From NCBI GenBank assembly GCA_947085855.1, contig CAMTYB010000001.1, forward strand, positions 21,788 to 85,787: a stretch of 64,000 nucleotides of DNA, read 5' to 3'. The notes below the pieces were generated by a model. The model made no database searches, was not told where the DNA came from, and worked only from the letters and a program-made list of their open reading frames with translations. Below, piece after piece: positions 25,724 to 35,071 of the stretch (position 1 is its first letter; each line of letters begins with the position of its first letter). This DNA is from an uncultured Candidatus Saccharibacteria bacterium. GTDB taxonomy: Bacteria; Patescibacteriota; Saccharimonadia; Saccharimonadales; 2-12-FULL-41-12. The position numbers were made by a program, and so were the translations under genes.

Positions 25724-26398
25724 ATGCGCTATGTTATGTCTATTGTGAGTGATAGTCCGGAGTTTCCCAAATTTGATATTCCCAGCCTATTGAGTCCAGA
25801 CGGATATCGTTTAGCTGACCATGAGCGCTTTCTTCGAGTTTGTGATATGCCGGACAGAAGTGTCTTTTACGTGCACTGCACAAGCGTTGTTGCTAACGGA
25901 GAAGGTGTTGTCTTGTTAGATAAAGAGGCTAGTGTATTCGCGGAGGCTGATGTTCGCGAGGAGATACTGTTTGAAGATGATGAAAATGCCGCATTTTCTC
26001 GAGTTCTCAAAGTCGAGGGACAATATGTGGTCGATGAGTCATTTGAGAACTTCGAAACACATGAGGAAGTGAAGGACCGCTTTTATTTACCGGACTATCT
26101 TGAAGAACCTACGCTTCACGATGCAATAGCTAACTCGGATAGGTTTGTGCCGGTACTTGGTTGGGCAGGCAATGAATGTCAGCTTGAAAAAGTACTCGAT
26201 GATCTGGCAGATGAATATAACTGGCGCATACATACTCCAAATGTACTGTATCTCATTCATGTTGAGCGTGACGAAGATGATGATACCGACGAGAATGATG
26301 ATGGTTTCGACGATCCAGACGAACCAGATGATAGTGGCCCCGATGGTGACTATGCACCGCTTGGTTCTGAAGATGATGCTGATGATGCTACAGATTAG
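25724..26398 (+). CDS. highly acidic hypothetical protein with poly-D/E C-terminal tail
   Basis: 224 aa; last ~50 residues RDEDDDTDENDDGFDDPDEPDDSGPDGDYAPLGSEDDADDATD; no family recognised. Confidence 0.55.
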   Translation: MRYVMSIVSDSPEFPKFDIPSLLSPDGYRLADHERFLRVCDMPDRSVFYVHCTSVVANGEGVVLLDKEASVFAEADVREEILFEDDENAAFSRVLKVEGQYVVDESFENFETHEEVKDRFYLPDYLEEPTLHDAIANSDRFVPVLGWAGNECQLEKVLDDLADEYNWRIHTPNVLYLIHVERDEDDDTDENDDGFDDPDEPDDSGPDGDYAPLGSEDDADDATD

Positions 26399-26408
26399 AT
26401 AACTCTTG

Positions 26409-26417
26409 TGATATAAT
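26409..26417 (+). promoter_or_regulatory. extended -10 promoter element upstream of tRNA-Thr(TGT)
   Basis: TGaTATAAT at 26409-26417, 43 nt before the tRNA; no good -35. Confidence 0.4.
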
Positions 26418-26459
26418 CTGTTCGTACTCTGAGTTTCGATAACTCAATTGGGCAGCCAC

Positions 26460-26536
26460 GCCACCTTAGCTCAGTTGGTTAGAGCATCGGTTTTGTAAAC
26501 CGAGGGTCGTCGGTTCGAATCCGACAGGTGGCTCCA
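26460..26536 (+). tRNA. tRNA-Thr (anticodon TGT), encoded CCA
   Basis: GCCACCT TA GCTC AGTTGGTTA GAGC A TCGGT TTTGTAA ACCGA GGGTC GTCGG TTCGAAT CCGAC AGGTGGC T CCA. Confidence 0.95.
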
Positions 26537-26555
26537 TTTTAACGTGATTGATATA

Positions 26556-26585
26556 TTTACAGTAATCAGCAAAGTGTGTTATAAT
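26556..26585 (+). promoter_or_regulatory. putative promoter of rpmG
   Basis: TTTACA (26556-26561), 18 nt, TATAAT (26580-26585) preceded by TGTG. Confidence 0.5.
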
Positions 26586-26593
26586 AAATAGAT

Positions 26594-26800
26594 ATGGCAA
26601 AGAAGACTGACAAGCGAAAATTGGTAGGATTGGTATGTGAAGAAACGGGTCACCGTACGTACTATACCGTTAAAAATACCCAAAATACCCCAGACAAATT
26701 ACAGCTTCGCAAGTACAACCCAACTGTTCGACGTCACACGCTTTATGTTGAAACCAAGAAAAATCTTGGCCGCAACGAAGTTAAGCCGCGCAAGAAATAG
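26594..26800 (+). CDS. rpmG: 50S ribosomal protein L33 (non-zinc form, C-terminal extension)
   Basis: ...YYTVKNTQNTPDKLQLRKYNPTVRRHTLYVETKK is L33; only one Cys. Confidence 0.88.
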   Translation: MAKKTDKRKLVGLVCEETGHRTYYTVKNTQNTPDKLQLRKYNPTVRRHTLYVETKKNLGRNEVKPRKK

Positions 26801-26819
26801 TTAATCTCAAGTAAAAATG

Positions 26820-26845
26820 AAAACGAGCCTCATGGGCTCGTTTTT
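26820..26845 (+). terminator. rho-independent terminator after rpmG
   Basis: aaacgagcc / ggctcgttt stem, 5-nt loop, T-run. Confidence 0.8.
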
Positions 26846-26866
26846 AATGCATGAAAAAGCACGAAA

Positions 26867-27373
26867 CTACATGCCAGCGTCAGCCGGTAGTTCAGCGAGC
26901 AGTAGCATGTGCGGTTGCGGACCAATGCCACCTATACTCGCAAATCTGCCCAATTCGATTGTAGTGTCGAGATTTATTGAGTCGCAGGCGAGCACATTCC
27001 CCTCCAGGCGATGAATTTCTTCGTAGATCTGGTTTACTTCATGCGAAAACTGATCAAGTGGCTTCTCATCGAGCTCCATATCGCCAAAGCCGTACGGAGA
27101 AACGACATGCGCCCTGCAGATAGTAGGCTTCGGCGAGGGGTTATCAAACTGTGCAACGTATAATGCGGTGTCAACGAGGCCAAGATTAGGGTCCGCATTG
27201 GCCGGGTAGGCCGCCTGGAGTCTAACGATACTTTGGGTAACAATTTTGCCACCCCGTGATGCTATATCTTCAAAGTACCGATTTGCTATCGATTCAAATT
27301 CTTCACCTGCTAGACAGACTGTCCGTGGATCGCCTTCTCTATAGGATGAGATCAACGTGGTCTCAAAGGCCAT
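26867..27373 (-). CDS. hypothetical protein, 168 aa
   Basis: ORF with AAGGAG RBS on minus strand; no motif recognised. Confidence 0.55.
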   Translation of the reverse strand: MAFETTLISSYREGDPRTVCLAGEEFESIANRYFEDIASRGGKIVTQSIVRLQAAYPANADPNLGLVDTALYVAQFDNPSPKPTICRAHVVSPYGFGDMELDEKPLDQFSHEVNQIYEEIHRLEGNVLACDSINLDTTIELGRFASIGGIGPQPHMLLLAELPADAGM

Positions 27374-27461
27374 ACTTAAACCATAGCTCCTTGAGTGATG
27401 CGTATGCCAGTTGCCGTAACACCTATGCTGCTCATATTAAATAGATACTATACATACTCTT

Positions 27462-28625
27462 TTACACAATCACAACTGAGGGTTTAGGCAGTGAGTTAAA
27501 CTCGGTAGCTAAGGCATATGAATAAGCGCCGATGTTGGGCACTACAATCAAATCGTCGCGCTCCATTTTGGGTAGGTAGACTTTTTGGTCGACGATATCA
27601 ATACTGTCACAGGTGGGACCACCGACAATATATCTTGAACTGGGCTTGACTCCATCAAGCTCCTGAACACCAAACAGCTCATACGTCATGTGGCCAGCTA
27701 TCATATCCGAAAAACTACCATAGACACCATCATTTATGAAAAGCCAGTTCTCTGAGCCGCGCTTAGATTTTGAAACTACACTTGTGAGCAACGTAACACA
27801 AGGGTTAACAAGATAGCGGCCAGGTTCACTGATTATAGTTACACCCGGGAAATCTGTGTCTAAGATATCGTTAATTGCATCAGCAAAATCATGGATACCA
27901 AGCACATTTGCAACATACGGGGCAGGGAAGCCACCGCCAATATCTAATAGGGAGAATTCAACTGAGCGCTCAGCTTTTACCTTGGCGAAAAATTCAGCTG
28001 TTTTATGCAACGCTTCCACATACGGGACAACGCTTTCCGTTTGACTGCCAACATGAAAGCTAACTCCACTAACTGTGTAGCCCTCGTCTAAAAGCCGGTA
28101 CACGGCTTTTACTGCTTCATTTGGCTCAAGGCCAAACTTATACGACAAATCGATTGCAGCGTACTTATTAGGAAAGCTCAGTCTAAACAGTAGATTTATA
28201 TCCTTTTTATATGGTTCTAGAATAGGAATTTCGGACACGTTATCGAGCACGAATGTACGAATACCATAGTCATAGGCGGCCTTCATGTCCTGTGCACGCT
28301 TGTGCGGGTGCGTGTGAATTAATAGTTCCGGTGGATACTGTATGGCTCGTAACATCTCGATTTCGCCGGTAGTGGCTACGTCTAGGCGCGCAGAAATAGA
28401 TTTATATATCTGCAGCAACTCGGGGGCGGGGCACGATTTAACTGCAAAGTGAGGAGTAACTCGGGGCATTAAGGTCTCTAACCCACGGTATCTTTCGATA
28501 ACGAGAGAACTGTTTATGATCTGCAGTGGAGTCCCATGCTTTTGAGCTAAGCTACGCAAAGAATCACGTGTAAAAGTGTTCTGTAACAGATGTAATTGTT
28601 CTTTATGAAACTTTGACGTAACCAT
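27462..28625 (-). CDS. PLP-dependent group IV decarboxylase (ornithine/lysine/DAP decarboxylase family, ODC-like)
   Basis: PHFAVKSCP (PLP-Lys), DIGGGFPAPY, SEPGRYLV, GGPTCDSIDIV. Confidence 0.82.
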   Translation of the reverse strand: MVTSKFHKEQLHLLQNTFTRDSLRSLAQKHGTPLQIINSSLVIERYRGLETLMPRVTPHFAVKSCPAPELLQIYKSISARLDVATTGEIEMLRAIQYPPELLIHTHPHKRAQDMKAAYDYGIRTFVLDNVSEIPILEPYKKDINLLFRLSFPNKYAAIDLSYKFGLEPNEAVKAVYRLLDEGYTVSGVSFHVGSQTESVVPYVEALHKTAEFFAKVKAERSVEFSLLDIGGGFPAPYVANVLGIHDFADAINDILDTDFPGVTIISEPGRYLVNPCVTLLTSVVSKSKRGSENWLFINDGVYGSFSDMIAGHMTYELFGVQELDGVKPSSRYIVGGPTCDSIDIVDQKVYLPKMERDDLIVVPNIGAYSYALATEFNSLPKPSVVIV

Positions 28626-28685
28626 AATCTCTCAGCTTGTATACGGGTGTTCGTCCTCATTATACACCTCAAAGCTAAAATCGTA

Positions 28686-28714
28686 TTGACAATACATAAG
28701 ATAAAGTTTATATA
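28686..28714 (+). promoter_or_regulatory. putative promoter of the M20/ThrC-like/AstE-like operon
   Basis: TTGACA (28686-28691), 17 nt, TATATA (28709-28714) in the divergent intergenic region. Confidence 0.5.
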
Positions 28715-28748
28715 TAGCAACATACTATTAAGTCACAGAGGTGAATGT

Positions 28749-29969
28749 ATGAGCCAGGAAGCTGAATATCGTACCGGAAAAGAGCTGATGGAAGTTATGA
28801 TTGAAAAGAGTCAACGACCTGGCGAAGGCAACCAGGAATTTGTTGATTCGATTGGAGAAATGCTTGATAGCCAAGGGTTTCACATCAGAACTGTTCAGGA
28901 CCCGGAATACGCCGATCGATCTTTGCTGGTAGCTGAAGTAGGCGATGTACATGGCGAGCAGACCATCTCGGCTATAAGTCATTCCGATGTGGTAGGCGTC
29001 GAAGGCCAGCACTGGAAGCACACTCCGTGGCGCCTGCACGAACAACGCGGCAACTGGTTTGGCCGAGGCGCTTGCGATACCCATGGCAGTGGTGTATCCA
29101 TGCTTATCGCGGCCGCTCGACCAGAGGTACGTAAACAGCTCGAAGAAGCTAACAAAAAAGTGAGTGTTATCTTTACCTATGACGAAGAGGCTACTTCACC
29201 TGAATTATCTATGCGAGGCGCGCGTTTGGCAGCAGGCGTTCTTGGCGACGTCGAACCGGTTGCAACTTCGAAATACTTCATAGCCGGTGAACCAACCGAG
29301 CATGAGGGAGCTATTACAGCTATGCGGGCGCATAAGGGTCGCTGGCTCGCCCACTTCACCGTAGACGTTGAGCATTCAGGTCATGTCTCTGAACTTGTCC
29401 AGAATGCATTTATGGCTGGTTCGAGCATCGTGCACGATATCGGCAGATATACGTACTACCTAACTCTTGGCAGTGACGATGATGAAGAAGCAGCTATTTT
29501 TAGCCCCCCACACTCTACTATTCAAGTCTCAGCTGCCCAGGTAAAGAGCGGTGATTACTCAACCACACCGTCCACAGCTACTTTTACAGTCGATATGCGT
29601 ACGTTACCGTTTTCAGACATTCATCACTTCCGAGAACTTGAAGTGAGAGACCTCATTAAAAGAGGCAGCACTGAAGATGGTCACACTGTCACGCTTGATA
29701 TTGTTAAGAACGCCCTCGGTACCGTAACGCCAGCCGAGTCACCAATTGTCCTCTTAGCCGAGCAGGCAACCCACCGGACTGCTCGCGGCTTCAACGGCGG
29801 CGACGAAGGTCGCATTATGCGTCAAATGGCTCAAAAAGAAGGTGTGACGATAGGACCTGGTGAGCTTGGCTTTGCGCACATGCCTGATGAACGAGTAGCC
29901 GTTAGCTCTATCTTTAAAGCCGCTGATATTTACGCCGACATGTTTGCTAAATCTGTACGACTTAGCTAA
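28749..29969 (+). CDS. M20-family metallo-deacylase (ArgE/DapE-like)
   Basis: SHSDVVGV (metal His/Asp), GRGACDTHGSG, TYDEEATS (catalytic Glu pair); track GTG 28647 trimmed to ATG 28749 behind AGAGGTG. Confidence 0.8.
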   Translation: MSQEAEYRTGKELMEVMIEKSQRPGEGNQEFVDSIGEMLDSQGFHIRTVQDPEYADRSLLVAEVGDVHGEQTISAISHSDVVGVEGQHWKHTPWRLHEQRGNWFGRGACDTHGSGVSMLIAAARPEVRKQLEEANKKVSVIFTYDEEATSPELSMRGARLAAGVLGDVEPVATSKYFIAGEPTEHEGAITAMRAHKGRWLAHFTVDVEHSGHVSELVQNAFMAGSSIVHDIGRYTYYLTLGSDDDEEAAIFSPPHSTIQVSAAQVKSGDYSTTPSTATFTVDMRTLPFSDIHHFRELEVRDLIKRGSTEDGHTVTLDIVKNALGTVTPAESPIVLLAEQATHRTARGFNGGDEGRIMRQMAQKEGVTIGPGELGFAHMPDERVAVSSIFKAADIYADMFAKSVRLS

Positions 29970-31090
29970 TGGACAAGAAACTAACGTATTTTGACGTTAC
30001 AAACGGCCAAAAGCAGACCGATCCAGCAAAGCTTTCACCTCATCAAGAGGGATATGACAGTTACTTTATTGAGCTACCGCAGCCGGACCAGCTAATAGAT
30101 CAACGCTGTAAGGGCCTAGGACGCTTTGTGGCTGCTTTGCCAATCGATGCAGCGCCACTGAGTCTTGGTGAAGGAAACACGCCACTTATCGCCTCTAAGC
30201 AACATGAGGGCCTCTACATCAAAAATGAGGGCCACAACCCCTCTGGTAACTTCAAAGATCGTGAGAGCGCAATATCGCTCGCCTTTGCGCACGATCAGGG
30301 GTACAAACGAGTCGCTATTGCTTCATCTGGTAATGCCGCTATATCTTCTGCTCGCTATGCGTCACTCTATAATATTGAGACCACCTGTGTCGTGCCAAAC
30401 CGAACCTCACCCCAAAAGCTCGACCTCATTCGTTTATTTGGTGGCAAGATCAAGTTAGTCGGTGATACGTACGAAGAGTCGTACCACTATCTACGAACAC
30501 ACCCTGAGCCGAATACACTCAATATAACTTCGGGCATGCTGCCAATTCGTTCAGAAGGAGTCAAAACTGTTGCCTATGAAATTTGGGAAGAGCTCAAGTC
30601 AGTACCAGATTCAATTGTCTGCCCAGCCGGTAACGGCTCAGCTTTAGCTGCTATTTATCATGGTTTTCGTGATTTGCAGCGCTGGGGACTTACCGATAAA
30701 ATTCCGGCCATGATCTGTGTGCAAATAGCTAACGCCGATCCAATCAACAAGGCTGTTGAAAATGATGAATGGGTACATGTTGTTAAAGACATCCCAGACT
30801 CTGCGTGCGAAGCCATTGTAGCTGAGGAGTCATTTTGTTCCCCAAAAGCCGTGTATGCAATCAAAGAAAGTAAAGGTTTTGGCGTGTCTTTGACTGATGA
30901 CGAAATTGTAGATGGCCTACGCTACGCAGTCGATAGAGAGGGTATACTTCCCGAACTATCATCTGCCTCCGTTTACGCCGCTTACAATAAGTACGCAGAC
31001 GAAATAAGAGCTCTGGGGCCAACCACTGTACTCATCAACACTGCATCTGGCCTCAAAGATTTAAAAGATATTACCGAACAACTTGCCTAA
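29969..31090 (+). CDS. threonine-synthase-like PLP enzyme (fold type II)
   Basis: LGEGNTPLI, NPSGNFKDRES (PLP-Lys), ASSGNAA, PAGNGSAL; start overlaps previous stop. Confidence 0.75.
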   Translation: MDKKLTYFDVTNGQKQTDPAKLSPHQEGYDSYFIELPQPDQLIDQRCKGLGRFVAALPIDAAPLSLGEGNTPLIASKQHEGLYIKNEGHNPSGNFKDRESAISLAFAHDQGYKRVAIASSGNAAISSARYASLYNIETTCVVPNRTSPQKLDLIRLFGGKIKLVGDTYEESYHYLRTHPEPNTLNITSGMLPIRSEGVKTVAYEIWEELKSVPDSIVCPAGNGSALAAIYHGFRDLQRWGLTDKIPAMICVQIANADPINKAVENDEWVHVVKDIPDSACEAIVAEESFCSPKAVYAIKESKGFGVSLTDDEIVDGLRYAVDREGILPELSSASVYAAYNKYADEIRALGPTTVLINTASGLKDLKDITEQLA

Positions 31091-31114
31091 CTCCATTGCA
31101 TCAGGGGTATAATA

Positions 31115-31939
31115 ATGAACATGTCGGAACTGTTTATTACTCAACCTGAAGCTACGTCCATCGTGTCTAACCGGCCTGGTCCACACTGCATAATTGTGGT
31201 CGGCGTTCATGGTAACGAGCCCGTCGGTATCAATATATTGCCATGGCTACGCAACCTAACTATAGAGTCAGGCACGGTAACTATAATCGTAGCGAATCCT
31301 TCCGCAGTATCTGCGGGACGGCGCTACATAAACGTCAATCTTAATCGACGATTCGGTAAGGCACATGACGAATATCCAGAAGACACGCTCGCTCGAAGTA
31401 TTGAATCGTATCTCGATAAAGCCGATGCTGTGCTCGATATTCATTCATACAATGAGTCTATGGATAAGCCATTTATCATAGCCAATCCCCTCGCAGAAGA
31501 GTTGGCTACAGCCCTACCTGTCGAACTCATTTCTACAAATTGGCATCAACTTTCTTCTGGAGCCACAGATGATTATATGGCCAGCCGGAACAAGCCTGGC
31601 ATCTGCCTCGAGTGCGGAAGCAGCGAAAGGCCGGCCGAATATGAGGCTTTAGCCAAAGCGTCAGTGACAGCCTTCTTGGCTGCAGTTGGTAATATCACTT
31701 CACATGAGAGCCATAAACCAACTCACACCCACCTTGCAATTGTTCGAGCCGAACTAAAAAGCGAGGAAGATTTTAGTTTTGTCCGCGAATTTCAATCATT
31801 CGACAAGCTGGAAGCCGGCGCTGTTTTTGCTCAACAAGGAGATACGACATACATCGCTGGTAAAAATGAGTGCATAGTGTTTCCACGAGCAAATGCTGCT
31901 ATTGGCGATGAAGTATTTATTATTGGCCAGTTAAAATAA
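31115..31939 (+). CDS. succinylglutamate desuccinylase/aspartoacylase-family zinc deacylase
   Basis: VVGVHGNEPVG (H-x-x-E zinc site), NVNLNRRF, VLDIHSY. Confidence 0.72.
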   Translation: MNMSELFITQPEATSIVSNRPGPHCIIVVGVHGNEPVGINILPWLRNLTIESGTVTIIVANPSAVSAGRRYINVNLNRRFGKAHDEYPEDTLARSIESYLDKADAVLDIHSYNESMDKPFIIANPLAEELATALPVELISTNWHQLSSGATDDYMASRNKPGICLECGSSERPAEYEALAKASVTAFLAAVGNITSHESHKPTHTHLAIVRAELKSEEDFSFVREFQSFDKLEAGAVFAQQGDTTYIAGKNECIVFPRANAAIGDEVFIIGQLK

Positions 31940-31941
31940 CG

Positions 31942-33825
31942 CTACATTTTACGTGGCATTGGTATATTGAGCAGGTTTAAGCCATTCTGAAGGACTTGCT
32001 GGGCACTAGCCGTCAATAGTAGGCGAGCAGCTCGCTTTTCAGCGTCTAATTCCTTAAGGATTGGTGTTTGTGCGTAAAACACATTAAACTTATGGGCTAG
32101 ACGGTAGAGATACTCAGACACAACCACCGGAGCATACTTTTCGCCGGCTTCTTTGACTGCTATAGGGAATTCAGCCAGAGTGGCAATAATCTCGCCCTCT
32201 AGGCCCTCTGTGTCGAGCTTAAACATATTTATGTCACTCTCAACGCCTTCTGCCTCTTCTAGCAGGGCAGTCATGCGGGCATGGGCGTATTGTAGATATG
32301 GTCCACTATTGCCTTCAAAGTTAAGCACTTCGTCCCAGCTAAACGTTATCTTTCGATCAGCGCTTTGCTTAAGGTCGTAATAAACAACCGCGCCAACTGC
32401 AACTTGCTGAGCAGCCAGCTCAAGCTCTTCTGGAGTGGCGTCAGTGCCTTTTTGCTGAGCGTTACTAAGCACCTTCTCGTAGGCTCTACTGTAGGCTTCT
32501 TCTAGCACATCGTTAAGAAACACTACATTTCCAGCTCGACTCGACATTTTGCCTTCTGGTAATTCAATCGGTCCAAAGCTAACATGTTTTAGTTCTGGTG
32601 TGTTCATGCCCGCAAGCTGCGTGAAACCGTCAAAAACTTGCTTAAAGTAATCTCGCTGCTCACTGCCGACTACATAGATAATTTTTTCAGGATCAAACCA
32701 GGACATACGAGCGCAAAGCGCGGCGATATCACGCGTGCCATAGAGCGAGGAGCCGTCAGATTTGCGAATTGTGAGTGGGTGGAGGTGTGAATTGGATGGA
32801 ATAATTTTTAAACGATTTTTCTCGTCGAGCTGGGCAATCCCTCGTGCCTCCATGACATCGTATACATCACTGCTCATGTCGGCGTATTCAGACTCGCCAA
32901 GGATGTATTCAAAATCAACGCCCAGTGCTTCGTACACTTTCTCGAACTCTTGCATGCTCAGATTCCACGCCCATTGCCAAAGTTCACGGGCTTGAGGGTC
33001 ACCTTGCTCAAGACGGGTAAACCACTGTCTACCAGCTTCCTCGAGTTGCGAATCACCACTGTCGTCTGCTGCCTTTTCGGCAGCGATAGCCTGGTTTATA
33101 CGAATATAGAGCTTCTGTAGGCCAGCCACTTGCTGCGCTTCATCCTGCAGCTCTGGAACTTCATCATGCCATAAATCATAGGCGTGCGATAGGATGCCAA
33201 ATTGGGTACCCCAATCACCGAGGTGATTATCACGAATCGTTTTGTAGCCATTGGCAAATAATATTCGCGACAAGGCTTCGCCAATAACCGTCGAGCGCAA
33301 GTGGCCAAGATGCATATTCTTGGCGATATTGGGCGAAGAAACATCCAAGACCACGGTGTCACCCAATCCCTCGTTGTTGTACCCATACATGTCACCTTGT
33401 TCGGCAATTTCATCAAAAACATAGTGGGCTAACATGAGACGATTTTGCCTAAGATTGATAAAGGGACCGGCTTGCTCAACCTCAGTGTCGTCACTTAGGT
33501 GCATCTTTAATTTCTCGGTTAATGAGGTGACGGCTTCTATTCCATCGCTTTGCATAAGTCTATGAGCTGGAACGGCGAAATCTATAGAGTCCTGCAAACG
33601 TTTCTCAGGTTTTACAGCAGTCAGAGGCTTTGCTCCGAGCATCATAAGTTGGAAATTTGTCCTCTCTTCAAGTCGAGGTAAAGAATATTGACGATAATCA
33701 GGCACATCTTCAGGCGGTACAGCCGGTTCAAGGTTTGCAGGTGGAAGCGGTGGTATGCGGACGCCTAGAAACTCCTGTGGTATCTCAGGTGATGGTTGGC
33801 GTAGAGTTTCATGATCGTCTGCCAC
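31942..33825 (-). CDS. argS: arginine--tRNA ligase (Pro-rich N-terminal extension; start uncertain)
   Basis: SSPNIAKNMHLGHLRST (HIGH), anticodon-binding C-terminus ending ...MPRKM. Confidence 0.9.
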   Translation of the reverse strand: MADDHETLRQPSPEIPQEFLGVRIPPLPPANLEPAVPPEDVPDYRQYSLPRLEERTNFQLMMLGAKPLTAVKPEKRLQDSIDFAVPAHRLMQSDGIEAVTSLTEKLKMHLSDDTEVEQAGPFINLRQNRLMLAHYVFDEIAEQGDMYGYNNEGLGDTVVLDVSSPNIAKNMHLGHLRSTVIGEALSRILFANGYKTIRDNHLGDWGTQFGILSHAYDLWHDEVPELQDEAQQVAGLQKLYIRINQAIAAEKAADDSGDSQLEEAGRQWFTRLEQGDPQARELWQWAWNLSMQEFEKVYEALGVDFEYILGESEYADMSSDVYDVMEARGIAQLDEKNRLKIIPSNSHLHPLTIRKSDGSSLYGTRDIAALCARMSWFDPEKIIYVVGSEQRDYFKQVFDGFTQLAGMNTPELKHVSFGPIELPEGKMSSRAGNVVFLNDVLEEAYSRAYEKVLSNAQQKGTDATPEELELAAQQVAVGAVVYYDLKQSADRKITFSWDEVLNFEGNSGPYLQYAHARMTALLEEAEGVESDINMFKLDTEGLEGEIIATLAEFPIAVKEAGEKYAPVVVSEYLYRLAHKFNVFYAQTPILKELDAEKRAARLLLTASAQQVLQNGLNLLNIPMPRKM

Positions 33826-33839
33826 ATTTGGTCCCTCGT

Positions 33840-34388
33840 CTAGTCTACAATATTAGTTATATCATAAACTCGGCCACAACAGGCCTTATTTTCCTCAAGA
33901 GCCTCTTCGTAAAAGCGGCAGGTATGACAAATTTTCCAAACTTCGTCTGGCAAACTGGCAGCATCCTCTATTTGATCACCTCCAAGTTTTTTGAAAATTG
34001 GGGCACTGTCAGTGTTAGAGAAGGCAATAATTTGATGTGGATCCATTATCTCTCTGGCATGTTCTACGACTGCCTTGGTAAGTAGTGATCCAACACCGCG
34101 ACCACGAACAGCGCTACTTACCATGAGGCCGCCGAGCTCCATTACATCGGGAGAGTAGATATGAGTAATCGCAGCATAGCCAACCAGTTCGTTATCATCT
34201 GCGATATAGGCAGCCTTTGCAAAATTGTGCGTATGAATAGACAAAGCACCAATAGCTACCATGCTTTCACGAGTTGACCAGCGAACAATCTGATTGATTG
34301 CTTCTTCGTTTTCTGGACTATTATGCAAGAAGTCACGAATTTCAATACTAGAGTCAGGTAAATAATATGACGGAGCTGGTGTCACCAA
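33840..34388 (-). CDS. GNAT N-acetyltransferase with Cys-rich C-terminal tail
   Basis: Acetyl-CoA motif VSSAVRGRGVGSLL; tail CHTCRFYEEALEENKACCG. Confidence 0.75.
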   Translation of the reverse strand: MVTPAPSYYLPDSSIEIRDFLHNSPENEEAINQIVRWSTRESMVAIGALSIHTHNFAKAAYIADDNELVGYAAITHIYSPDVMELGGLMVSSAVRGRGVGSLLTKAVVEHAREIMDPHQIIAFSNTDSAPIFKKLGGDQIEDAASLPDEVWKICHTCRFYEEALEENKACCGRVYDITNIVD

Positions 34389-34952
34389 TTACCTCACTAT
34401 GCGATTGGTAGGGAATGGCAGTTCTGGTAGATCAGCAGTTTTGATGCTTAATATCGTGTCGCAACAGATGTTGCCAAGTTGTCGAACCTCGCATACTCGA
34501 GGACAGCCGACACAGTTCGCTAAGCTCTGTTCGGGAACTTCATCGGGCTCAGCCACACTAAATCCAAGGTTAAGGTTGAGCTGTAAACTACTTTCATTTG
34601 CGAAGGTGATGACCGTATGAATGCGTTTAAGCCTTCGGACTGTTTCAAAGAGCTCCGCCTTGATAGGCTTGGTCAAGCCACGGTTCCGGTGCTCCGGATG
34701 CACATAGAGGCCACCCACCTCAGCTACACCGTTCCCGTATTCAAAGATGACAGCGTTATACGCAACAGGTTCGTCGTCCTGAGTCACGACTACACCGATG
34801 GTGTGATTTGCCATTATTTCTGGACCAAGCGGAAGCATGGTGACAACTGGTTCCTCGCGGGAACGTACATCCTCAATTTGACGGGCATAGCCTACATGTC
34901 GTTCATTGAACGGATCGTAGTGCTCGAAGGTGTATAAATCGTGTCCTATCAT
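34389..34952 (-). CDS. GNAT N-acetyltransferase with Cys-rich C-terminal tail (paralogue of the downstream gene)
   Basis: VHPEHRNRGLTKPI; tail CVGCPRVCEVRQLGNICCD; abuts next gene with no gap. Confidence 0.72.
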   Translation of the reverse strand: MIGHDLYTFEHYDPFNERHVGYARQIEDVRSREEPVVTMLPLGPEIMANHTIGVVVTQDDEPVAYNAVIFEYGNGVAEVGGLYVHPEHRNRGLTKPIKAELFETVRRLKRIHTVITFANESSLQLNLNLGFSVAEPDEVPEQSLANCVGCPRVCEVRQLGNICCDTILSIKTADLPELPFPTNRIVR

Positions 34953-35071
34953 CGTAACCTCGTGTAATTTCTCATAAATTTAACAATAAACAGTCAAATT
35001 ATGCAACTACATTTTTGAAAAACCTAAAGGGTCAGAAAAAATGCTTCACTACACCTCAAGAGCAGCAACGT

